Assembly: GCF_006345805.1 (NCBI RefSeq)
Contig: NC_043003.1
Span: 16,368,001 to 16,432,000, forward strand
DNA from: Octopus sinensis
Taxonomy: Eukaryota
Length of the DNA stretch: 64,000 bases
Reading direction: 5' to 3'
Position 1 is the stretch's first letter, and each line of letters begins with the position of its first letter. The position numbers were made by a program, and so were the translations under genes. A model generated the notes under the pieces. The model was given only the letters and a program-made list of their open reading frames with translations, had not been told where the DNA came from and made no database searches. This document shows, piece by piece, positions 12,701-25,544 of this stretch.

Positions 12701-12790
12701 ACTAAGTACCCCAAATACATCCAAAATAGAAATACTACAGCCCATTCGAGGCACGTGCGATTTGATGTGAGGCTCTCACAGAGTGAGTTA

Positions 12791-14482
12791 TATTTCTTTA
12801 TTACCCACTAGGGGCGACACAGAGGGGACACCACAAGACATTGGGGACATAGAACATTATAATTAAATTTATGACAAATGAATTATTAAATGAAAAAAAT
12901 GATAATATGAAAGCGATGCTAACGGCCCCATCTGTTAGCATCGCTTACCTGTCCTTCATCACCCATTTCCAATCACAATTCCTTCCTTTCCTATCACACA
13001 CTTCGTTTTCCTTTCATACTTCTCTATCTCTTCATCCTGCATCGTCACTTTCATCACTTTTATATCCTCTTCCTCACACAACCTCACCAATGTGTCCATA
13101 AATACATCTTTCAAAACCGCGTAACTCCCATCTTCACGTTCGTGCCATAAATCTTTATGTAGTATTTTTTTTTTGAGTTCTGGGTGTCCTTCTTCCTCGC
13201 AACACATAAAAAATAGGTCCTGGGACTTTGTTCGTTCTGAGTGTCTGCATTTGTTTTTGTTTTTCTTGTAGGCGGGGAGTGGGTGGAATCGCTGTTTGCA
13301 GGGGAAGGATGGGACTCAGAGGGTACGGGTGGTGTTGGGGTGGGTTGGGGTTTTGTACTGTTTTCTTTTTTCTTTCTTTTTCTTTTTTTTTTCCCTTCTT
13401 CCCACTCTTGCTGGATCTCCTCTTCTTCAGTTGCTTCCCTTTCTGTTTGGTTTTCCTTTTCTTTAGTGTCTTCCTTTTTTTGGGTTCCGTAACGATTTCC
13501 TTTTCCTTTGGTGGGGGTGGGCAGTTGGCTCTTATGTGGCCTCTTTTGTCACACTTATAACATCGTGGAGCTCTGCCCTCCACCCACACTCTCATAATAA
13601 TGTTCCCTGTTCTTATATTTTCTGTCAGCCTTTCTATTGTTTCCGCTTCTTGTCTGTATATTCATGTCCAAGGTAGCACCTCTCACGCCTTCGTATTTCA
13701 TAGTGGCGTGGAGGATGTCCACCTTTTCCTCGTTTCCCTTAATCACCGCTGCCGTTATGTATTCACCCTCTAGATGTGGGGGTATTCCCTCCACCCTAAT
13801 TCTTGTGGTTCTTCTATTTAGATACGAGGGCAGTAAGTATATCTTCTCCGTTTTTACCACCTTGGCTGCCATTTTTCTGGCGACGTTCTCACTTCTATAT
13901 TGCACCGTTACAGTTCCATACTCCATTCCTCTTGTCAGGTAAACAATTTCTTCTCCAGTCTGTTTCAATGCCTCTTCAATAGCTTCCATATTTACTATTT
14001 CAATCCTTCTTCCTCCGTTCACGTACACTCTATATTTGATGGTTCTACGGTTGAACCACTCGCCACGCTTTGCTGGAGGTGACAGCTCGACTTCGCCGTT
14101 CTCCTCCTCTTTCATAAAATCCTGGAAGCCTGGTAATTTAGCCAGGTCCACCTCTTTTTCTTTCGACTTCCTCATTATTCCTGCGTACGTACTTTCAAGC
14201 TTCCTGTCCATTTCTTCCACTGCTCTTTCCAACTCCTCCTCAGATGTCGATAATTCCGACAAACTTTCAAATAAATTCTTCCCGGCCCTCTCACCCGTTA
14301 GGGAGAGGCGGTTCATAATCACCTCAGACAGACAACGGCCGCCAGAACAGACGCTGTGTGACGCGAAACCGTATTAACAATTATCCAAATAACAAATAAC
14401 AAATATGGCAACTTACAACAGAAATACTCCAGCTCCTCAAAACACGTGCGACCTGAACAAAAGGCTCTCACAGAGTGAGTTA
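12791..14482 (-). mobile_element. ORF1-only non-autonomous non-LTR retrotransposon (HAL1-like, L1/Tx1 affinity)
   Basis: ORF 14322-13555 joins by frameshift to a CCHC knuckle (PRCYKCDKRGHIRANC) and a charged C-terminus ending near 12959. A ~170-bp 3' UTR ends ...cccctagtgggtaataaagaaata. There is no room for an ORF2. Confidence 0.75.
12959..14322 (-). pseudogene. Gag-like ORF1 protein with a CX2CX4HX4C zinc knuckle, split by about three frameshifts
   Basis: ORFs 13555-14322, 13155-13595 and 12959-13207 overlap and stitch into one frame of roughly 450 aa. At least two of the shifts lie at homopolymer runs. Confidence 0.7.
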
Positions 14483-14684
14483 GTTAGTTCGGAAGTGAAC
14501 GCTTAAATTTATATCAAATGTGAGGATAAAATTCTTTTCGAAAAAAAAATATTTTCTCGAAAAAAATTTTATCAATGGCCAGCATATTAAAAAATACCTT
14601 TAACGGTTATATTTATAAACAATTCATAAATGAGGGCAAAGGAAAACATTCTAATGCCAAATATGCCGAAAAATTGTTATTGTG

Positions 14685-15065
<381 letters not shown>

Positions 15066-15079
15066 ATATTCATTGTGTA

Positions 15080-15305
15080 TGTGTTTGCCTGTATTTGTCG
15101 CTCACTATCATTTTTCGAACCGGTGCTGGTCTCTATATGTATCCGTATGTTAGGGTATCGGTATAAGAAACTGATGGAATAAGTACCAGCTTTTAAAGAA
15201 AATTGGTAAGTACTGAGGTTGATTTGTTCAACTAAAACCCTTCAAGACGGTGCTGTAGCATGGCTGCAGTCCAATGACTAACACAAATAGAAAATGAAAG
15301 AAGGC
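15080..15305 (+). mobile_element. SINE-A 3' half, diverged
   Basis: aactgatggaataagtaccag...ggtgctgtagcatggctgcagtccaatgactaa matches the family 3' region. Confidence 0.75.
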
Positions 15306-15859
15306 ATGAAATAATAGCAGACCAGATGTGAGGAATGGTTCTTTTATAGGATTTAGTTACTACTTAAGGACATCACTTCACCATTCAGTGCCATTTTGTT
15401 TTAATCTTTTTATATATGCTTTGTATTTAGAGAAGTTGTAAGTTAATCTTTGTCTAAGTAATCCCTAATTTAATTCGTAGTGCCTCTCTTGGGAGCATTC
15501 AGAGGTAACAAAAGGGTGGATAATATAAAAGAAGTGTTATGGAGGAGCTGAGGTTTTAGGAGAGATGATGGTTATTTCAAAGGAAAACTGTTTAAATCAA
15601 GCAAAAAGCTAGGTTTTAAGCACATTTGATAAGAAAAGTCTTTGTTAGGGTTAAAATATGAACAAGACATTGTTTTACCAGTGAGTGGAAACATAGTTGA
15701 AGATGCGTGAAGATCAATAATATAGCTGAGGGGAGGAGTGCGAGATGCCGGTTTGTCACGTTTATGGAGGCGGCACTTTAGGGACTGCTGTGTAAGTCTG
15801 TATAGGGGTGAGAACAGCGAGGGGTTAGCAAACTTTAGAGCTGCTCCGAGTGAAACACA

Positions 15860-17338
15860 CAGAGCTAATAAAACTAGGTATTATAACAATATCAGTGTAT
15901 TAGCTTTGATGGTTCGGCCTGTATGTATTGGAAAGTCCCAAAGAATTGTTACATCTTCTCGCTCAGTTATAGCCCCAGGATGGTGATTATGCCACTTGTC
16001 GGCAGTTTTGATTTTATAATGCCGACATGTTAACCAGTGTAAATACCGACCAATTCTGTCATGACTTGATTTATACTCCACTCGTGTTAAAACTTTATAT
16101 CCAAAGATTAGGAGGTTCACTGCAGAATCGGCATTTTTATCTCTAATTTTTATCACATTGGCTTGGTAGTTTCGGGTCAATAAGCTATTATCTTGAGCAG
16201 CTAAGATGAAACCTTCACTCTCTGCTTTTAGCCCTGAGCTCCGTAGCCACTGATGGGTTTGCTTCTGGTCTACATCAGCTTGTTTGCTACAGGCCACATC
16301 AGCTTGTTTGTTGCGGGCCATGCAGAAGTTCCTGCTCCACATATCAGCCAATTGCTCATGCGCTTTTTTCTTTGCCATTAATTTCACCTTCTTTGCAACA
16401 ACAGTTACCTCACTTCCCTCAGATTGTTCAGCCTAGATATGCATTAGATCAATAGCAAATCTTTTTGCTCCCCCTCGTGACATAATGAAACTTCTTACGC
16501 CTCTCATGATTTGCAATGAGTTTTAGCATCCAATCGTTTGTTGCTTCAGGATATTTGGCCAGTCCAGTTGTCTTGGTTTTCTAAAAGAGTTCATATTGGA
16601 TCAAACTTCGACCTCTGAGAAAGTAAAGACTATCCTCGTCTGCATACGGTTGGTACCTCTTATTACAAATCAGCAGCTTACGAATTTTTCAGTCAATTTT
16701 CTTAACTTCACTGTTATTCCAGTTCAATACATCGTAACTATAACTATAAGTAAAGAGTAGAATTGCCAAGGAATTTATGGCTAATATTTTGTTATTTCAA
16801 GATTGTTTGAACTCTCCAATAATACTCCTTTCCGATCTTTTCTTTCATGCTTGCATGCTGAATGCCAGAGCCGCCATTTATTCCTATGGTATTTTAGGTT
16901 TGTTCTTGCTCAAGTTCCTTTACAACGGTTTTAACATCCAACACGACTGAATTTGTAATCTTCAATTCCTCTATCTTGAAAGTGGTATTGGCACACTTAT
17001 AATGACCAAACTCCATTCCGATATCAGCATTGAATGCTTTCACAGAACGTAAGAGGCCTTCACACTCATTATTCTCTTTGATATAAAATTTCAAGCCAAC
17101 CGTATATAATGGATGGCTTATTTTCTTATTGTCAGTTTTATGCCCATACTCTGTTCTGTTAAGTTCACTTATAAGAGGTATGAGGGTTATGCAAAAAATT
17201 AGAGGTTAGAGTCACCTTGCAAAAATGTCACAGTTAATGTTAATGAGCCTGGCACTCCATTAAAATAATAGTGTTCCCCAATGACATACGCTTCAGGAAG
17301 TTTGAAATTGTAGGGAGAAATTTTGAAGACGTCCAGCG

Positions 17339-17340
<2 letters not shown>
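15860..17340 (-). mobile_element. Decayed R4/Dong-clade non-LTR retrotransposon (RT and upstream part of the REL endonuclease region)
   Basis: Fragments FLQGDS, VKAFNADIGMEFGHYKCA, WLRSSGLKAESEGFILAAQD..LLTRNYQ, HDRIGRYLHWLTC and ILWDFPIHT..TIKAN match R4-clade motifs. Many disablements. Confidence 0.8.
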
Positions 17341-17375
<35 letters not shown>

Positions 17376-17920
17376 GAATGAGAGAACAGTGCCTGCCATC
17401 AATGCGACTCTGGGGTAAAATATACGAAACCCAGTATGCCCATCATAACTACCCGTCTGATAAAGGTACATCAGGCACATGCATCACAACCATATGTGCA
17501 CGACATGGTGACCACATATCAATATAAACAGCGCATGACCTTACAGGTGAAACTCGTTTCGAATTTTCTTCTGGTTGAATAGCCCATTCTGCTCAAAAAG
17601 TTCTTGAATAAGGATTATTTAAGGATGTCAAACGAAACACCCATTTTACCAGAGGTGAATTATTTAAACTCCAAAGAAGTCCAACCCCTCCCCCCGCTCA
17701 ACACATAGCTATGATACTCCCCCACTACTTCTGCTCTTGATCTGAGATGCACATATAGTCAGCCACCAAGGGAGATGCTCAACTGGTTATGGTCAAACAA
17801 ATGACAAGCACATCTGTATTATTGAGCAAAATATTTGCTGTAGCCCATCTTTCATACCAAGACAAAACAATGTACATGATAACACTTCCAATCAGTTAAG
17901 ATCAGAAGCTATGAGAGCCA
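17376..17920 (-). mobile_element. Unclassified interspersed repeat embedded in (TAA)n, probably a retroelement 3' segment
   Basis: Unique-looking segment bounded on both sides by (ATT)n. It ends in (AAT)n on the minus strand and interrupts the R4 relic. No protein motif recognised. Confidence 0.4.
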
Positions 17921-18660
<740 letters not shown>

Positions 18661-18816
18661 TCTTTAGGGTTGAGGACGTGCACAACCTATTTGTTAAATC
18701 GATATACGGGTTTCATGTAGTTTGCACATTTTCATATTTTATGTGGAAGTTAATATTTCTCAAATTTTATTTGTTTAAAAAACCATGGATCGGCAGAGGA
18801 AAAACGAAAACGCACA

Positions 18817-18860
<44 letters not shown>

Positions 18861-18950
18861 ACACACGCACACACGCACGCTCGCACACAAACACATATGT
18901 ATACATAAACCTAGATATTTATTTACTGTTCATGGCTGGACATATAAAAT

Positions 18951-19588
18951 GGTTCTTGGTAATTTGACTCCTGGTAATTTCACCGCCGGCAATTTCACTC
19001 TCGGTAATTTCTCTCCCTGTAATTTCACTCCCAGTATTTTGACTCCGGTAATTTGACCCCCGTTAATTTGACTACCAGTCAATTTCACTCCCAGGTAATT
19101 TCACTCCCGATATTCGAAAGAAATTAAACGTTGAACAAAGATAAAATATAAAGTACTAAAGCTTCAATAATGATGGAGATTATGAGTTATTGCTCGCAGT
19201 AAAATATTCTATCTTATTTTCGAGACTACATCTCTTAATAATTATCTGCAGCTGTTTGTTTATACCATTATACTTCTTTTGGTCATGCAGATCTCACCTT
19301 GATCAAATTCAACCTTTCTCAGTTCTGCCAAGCGTTCTTCCCTTTCCAATGCAGTAATTAATTTCAGGATATTCGGAGATCAAAACGGCTGCAGATAATT
19401 ATTGAGTGATATAGACCCGAAAATAAGATGGATTTTTTACGAGCAATAGCTCATAAGTTTCATCATTATTGAAACTTTTAATAATATTGTTTTGTTTTAC
19501 TGTACGTTTTATATTTTATCATTATTCAACGTTTTATTTTTTCTAATATCGGGAGTGAAACTGACTGGCATTCCAATTACCGGCTGCC
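18951..19588. mobile_element. Mutator-like (MULE) foldback MITE with a 9-bp TSD
   Basis: GG...CC termini. Flanks atataaaat (18942-18950) and atataaaac (19589-19597). Long inverted arms (~19088-19260 vs ~19385-19560) and subterminal ggtaatttcactccc repeats. Confidence 0.8.
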
Positions 19589-20689
19589 ATATAAAACGTT
19601 GTTTCATACATTTATGTGTAGTTTAAGTGTGGCTTATTGCTTTTATATACATTGCAGTTACTCGTGTAACGAACGAGGCTCCGGATAGGATCATATTCGT
19701 ATATAGAGACCTACTGAATTTAAGTGCGTAGCCTAATGGTTAGGGCGTTGAACTCACACCCATAAGTCAGTAGATTCGTATCCTTGACGGGAAGTGCGTT
19801 GAAATAAAGTGCGAGATGGCACTTTATTTCACGTTGACCCAGACTCATCTGAAAAAGAATACCGTTTGGTTTCAATTTTAAAGAATTTTAAGCATTCAGA
19901 GTATGAGTTCATTGTATTGGGACACATTAATTAAATACGTTCTGGAATTAAAATTTTATCTACTGTCATCGAAAAAGTTTAACTGGAATAATTCAGAATT
20001 ATCGGTGTTATGAGCATTCAAAGTATAGTGTAATTTAATTGAAAACCCTGCATGCATTGCCAGCTTTTAGTTATTTGGAGATGTTGGAAACATGTCTATT
20101 AATGCAATGTCTAAATTAATTACAGCAATATGTATATGACTGTTTAGATATTGAAGTACAATAGACGAAGAATAATTGTTTGATTTAGTAATTATCAAAC
20201 ATAACGAGTCAGAGACTTACTTGAGATCGCCGTTGTCGCATTAGAGCAGATTGTGAAGTAGAAGTACCCAGTCGTACTCTTACTCGTAGAATGTTAAAGG
20301 TTAACTTTATGAAGGCTAATTTATTAAAGCTAATATATAAATGTAATATAAACTAAGCGCCAATATGTATATATATATCTGGTGCTATAAGTTATTTCCC
20401 TTGAGTGTTTAAATAAAAAATATTGTGCAGGTGCTATGGGTTATTTTCCTTGAATGTTTAAATAAAAATATATTATTTATATGTAGTAGATATACGTTCC
20501 CTTCCAGGGCCCCTATTATCGACTTTTTCAATAAGTATGTCACAAGATTTCCAGACATGAGTTCTACACGTGTAGATTTTCATCAAAATCAATAAAATGA
20601 TGTAGGAGGAGTTAGCTAACAACTCCACAAACAAACACACCCACAGAGAGAATTTTCCACTTATGTAGTAGAATATATATATATATAAT

Positions 20690-20890
20690 AAGAGAAACGG
20701 TGAAAAAAGACAAGAAAAAAAAACAACAATGCGAGGACGTGGTACATACAAAGAATTAATAAGAAGCTCAGAGAAGTAAAGAAAGAGTGGTTGTTTAACG
20801 TTTCAAGCAAAAGCTCTTCTTCGGAAAACAGGCGATTTAGGAAAGCCTAAAAGAAAAGGAAAGAGGGAAAAATCGCCAATATTCTACGTA
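20690..20890 (-). mobile_element. Short (TA)n-flanked repeat with a minimal hammerhead-like motif (putative PLE pLTR)
   Basis: Homologous to ~45544-45766. Minus strand reads gtttt-ccgaaga-agagcttttgctt-gaa-acgt-t-aaac. Confidence 0.55.
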
Positions 20891-20913
20891 AATATATATA
20901 TGTGTATATAATA

Positions 20914-20966
<53 letters not shown>

Positions 20967-21196
20967 AAGTATTAATTTATAAAAAATATGGTAAAGTAAA
21001 AAAATTTACTTTACCACACACCGAGCTTTTTAGAAATAGCAGCCAAACATTTGGCTATTTCTTCAACTGCAATACTTCAATATACCGTAAATGGTCTTTT
21101 TACATACCGAACACTGCTCGGTCGAATTAATTATATTATTAATTAATTCTACCCTTTTTATTGACTATATATAATATAATATATATATATATATAT

Positions 21197-21230
<34 letters not shown>

Positions 21231-21465
21231 AGGCTACATTATGTGATGTATGCAATGTTTTTAAGATATTGCAGTTAATGTAAGTCTGATTTTCCTGTGC
21301 TTTCTAGCTGATAAAGGTTCCCTTCTTAGCTCACAGTTTGAAGTTGGCTGCAAGAAATCGAAAATACATTATATTATTATTTAAGTGTATTTATGAAGCA
21401 ATGACAACAATAACAACAAGAAAAACTAACTACACCATCGCATTACCCCCCCACACTACTACTAC

Positions 21466-21496
<31 letters not shown>

Positions 21497-21500
21497 GCTA

Positions 21501-21534
<34 letters not shown>

Positions 21535-23450
21535 CTCTGCTACTACTACCGGCTTGCGAGATGAAACCTCAATGTTTCTGCTCGTGAGCTAAACCAATAT
21601 CTATTCATATTTTGTTATTTTTCATAACGATTTCCTATTTTTATTATTTCATAATAATCATCCCTTTAGACATGGAAGGATATGAGAAAATAATACACAC
21701 ACAAGTTTTAATATATCCATCCATGTGTATATATATATATATATATACATACATACACACACACATACATACATACCTACATACATACATACACACACAC
21801 ACACATATATACGTATGTATATATATATATATATTGTATCTGGGAAAAACGAAACATATATATATATATGGACACATGCAAAAATATATACATACGTAGC
21901 TATATATATATATATATATATGTTCGTACGTGTATACGCATACACACGCGTGCGCACACACATACACACACACGCATATCGGTTGCTATATGTCGGAAAT
22001 CCTTATATACGAAGGCATTAGTAACACATGATATGCCAGTGGTATTATATTGTGCATTCTTATAATTCCTTGTAGATTTTGTCGATTTTGGTTCATTCAA
22101 ACTTTTTGAATTCACCACCGTCGATGAAAATCACAGCCAAGAATTTCTAATATATATTCAACACTAAAATACACCCAATGTTCATAATTTTTATGTATTC
22201 AGTTTTAAATCGACAAAGTGAAGATGTAATAAATATACGTAACCCAGATCACGTAATTCGGCCATAATCTTCACTGAAACACGTGTAAGTTGACATAATT
22301 AAAAGATTTCAAAAACGATTCTCCTGTTTTATATCTTATTTTATGCATGCTCTAAGTAAAAAGAAGCTTTGGCTGGTGCTTTTCACAGCTTTTTCTTCTA
22401 AGTATAAGGTCGTACCTTTGAGTTTCATATACTTGTTCTACATAGGACAATTTTTATGTCAAACGTAAGTTAATAATATTTAAAAAGTAAAAACCTCTGT
22501 ATCCGTTATAAATTTATTGAATAAAACTAGTAAATGAATCTAGCAAACAAAATTAACAAAGGAAGAATACTCATCAGCATAATGTTTACTCCTTCATGTT
22601 CCTTATTTTCCTATTGAATATGCCTTAGAATATGTAATTTTAACTTTAATAATAACAATAAGAAAAATAACCTGAGGACGCACTGGTGGATTTAAGTATT
22701 AGCTATAGCCTGGAGAAACGCACCACCAGCGCAGAAACACGTAGCATTTATTAAAAATATTTTCTTTCCCCCCAGACTAATAACAGGTAAGGTATATATA
22801 TTTTTCAAATATTTAAAAAATAATTTTTAAAAATAATTTTATTGTACTTTATAGTAGGTTTTAAAATGCTTATTATATTATTTTATTATTATATTGGATA
22901 TAACTTTCTATGTGTATTCCAGAAAATAAGGTTGTCTTGAAATCCCAAATTTGCAATAATATATATATATATATATATATAGTAGAAATATGTTACAAAA
23001 AAAATATATAAAATACAAAATCAAAATACACGTGGAAATGTATGGGGAAAATAAGAAAAAATCACGAAAATGCACATTGTAAATAAAAAAAGAAAAGGCT
23101 TTTTATGAAAGGTAACGACAGATATATACATTTAGATGGACTGAGATAGTAATAAAAGTCATAAAAGTCATTATTATGAGATGATTAAAAAGTCAGAAAA
23201 CCAAAGCATACCATGGTTTCGTCAAATCTATCATTGCTTGAATGAATAGCTTTGACGAAATGAATGGCTTTGACGAAACCATGGTATGCTTTGCTTTCTG
23301 ACTTTTTAATCATCTCATTAATAATGACTTTTATGACTTTTATTACTACCTCAGTCCATCTAAATGTATATATCTGTCGTTACCTTTCATAAAAAGCCTT
23401 TTCTTTTTTATTACAATGAACATTTTCATGATTTTTCATATTTGCCCCCC

Positions 23451-23498
<48 letters not shown>

Positions 23499-24504
23499 AA
23501 TAAATGGAGTTTAACGCAGGTATAATTCACTTTTACTTTCGACACATGTTTCGAAGATTTCACTGATATTATTCCAAAGAAATAAATGGTGTGATTTTTT
23601 GCTATCTATCTTTAAAAACAAGGAATTACAACCTCTTTACTTGTGTGACTCTTTGCTACTCTGGTAGCTATATATTTTTTCCGTGTTAATTGTTAACAAG
23701 GGAAAAATACACTCATGTATTTATATATATAAATATTCGGTACGAGCAATTAAGATTCAAGTGAGTTCTGTTGAATTCACATGAAGATGGTACTTAACTT
23801 GGATGCACCAGAAATCTATATGGTGTTAACCATACGACAAAGTGGGGTGATTATAAATAGGAAAAAAGCAACAAGAATGGATCAGTATTTCCGTACAATT
23901 GTTTCGTACGAAGACATCTTTAATAAGGCTACAAAAATTGCAATTTTTGTAGCCTTATTAAAGATGTCTTCGTACGAAACAATTGTACGAAATACTGATC
24001 CATTCTTGTTGCTTTTTTCCTATATATATTATATATATATATATATATATAGCACAAATAACAAAGGAGGGAAGAAGGAAAAAGGGATTACATGTTACTT
24101 CTAGTCTTTTGTATAAAAAATGCTTTTAGTGAATACATTTTTGTGCGCTTTGCGGCTAAAAGAGATCTTGCAGTAGCAGGATACAGTTTGCACTGATATT
24201 CAGCTTCTGTAAGTTTTAGTTTTGGGTTATATTTCAGTATTTAAAACAATCATGCATGGATGAAGGAATAAATAGTCATGTCGCTTATACACACACACAC
24301 ACAGGTAGGTAGGTGTGTAAGAAAGTGTCTAAGATCATATAGATTATAGGTACATACAACGAAAGCTCATATTGTGGCATTCCCAGTTCGTACTGATTCT
24401 CAGGAAAAATCTGTTCTGTTGGAAAAGGACATGCTTGGTTTTGTCCTGACTTGGCGCATTCTTTTTTGTAATTAGAGCCACAATGTCTATATTTGGATAC
24501 ACTT

Positions 24505-24685
24505 TTACTCTTTTACTTGTTTCAGTCGTGTGACTGTGGCCACGCTGGAGCACCGCTGTTAGTCGAGCAAATCGACCCCAGGACTTTGTAGGCCTAGTAC
24601 TTATTCTATCGGTCTCTTTTGCCGAACCGCTATGTTACGGGTACGTAAACACACCAGCATCGGTTGTCAAGCGATGTTGGGGGGA

Positions 24686-24757
<72 letters not shown>

Positions 24758-24935
24758 ATATATATTCATATATACGACAGGCTTCTTTCAGTTTCCGTCT
24801 AGCAAATCCACTCACAAGGCTTTGGTCGGCCCGAGGATATAGTAGAAGACACTTGCCCAAGGTGCCACGCAGTGGGACTGAACCCGGAACCATGTGGTTG
24901 GTAAGCAAGCTACTTACCACACAGCCACTCCTATG
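24505..24935 (-). mobile_element. SINE-A, full length
   Basis: tRNA-like head (gtggctgtgtggtaag...ggttcagtccc), internal (TA)/(CA) tract and (actttt)n-like tail. Confidence 0.92.
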
Positions 24936-25544
24936 CCTCAGTATTTAGAATAAAAGTGTAGACAATCGTTTTCAGCTATGCCGTGTGGAATATTTCACTC
25001 CAGAAGTTTATAGTCACAGTAGGACGTATACAAAAGTCAGGGATCAGAAAGCACCGTCTTTTTAGGTGTTGACTGTGTCAAAGTCTACAAACACATTGTG
25101 CATAAAAATAGGCGTTGCTGGACAATGTTTCTTACTGTCTTAGTTGGCACCTATTGGGAAATGGCGGAGGAATTTTTGTTCAACTTTGAAGTTGCAGCAT
25201 ATTAATCATGTTCTACTCCTTGATATCATCCTCTTGAAGTTGCTCTTATGAAGGCACGTTGCCTAGTGGTTAAGGTGTTACATGTAAGATAATGGTTTCG
25301 ATTCCCGGACCGAACTATGCGTTCAGTTCTTCAGGAAAGCACTTCATTTCATGTTGCTCCAGCTCTCAGCCGTGAATGAGTAATCTTGCAACGGACTGAT
25401 GTCTTGTTGATGGGGAATATTCTGATCTCGGTCACATATACGCGCAGAAACCGGTAATGTGGCCCTATGAGTTCTAGGAGGCGATTCGAGACAGTAGTTA
25501 GTTTTAAAATCGCCTGTGATTCGTTGAAAAGGTGTTAACTCTCT

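Noticed and set aside
14440-14470. gagccttttgttcaggtc on the minus strand, faintly like the U2 snRNA 5' end
   Set aside because: The match is short and partial, and the rest of U2 is absent.
15480-15860. Possible L1/Tx1 ORF2 C-terminal remnant on the plus strand
   Set aside because: The resemblance is too weak and broken by stops to support a call.
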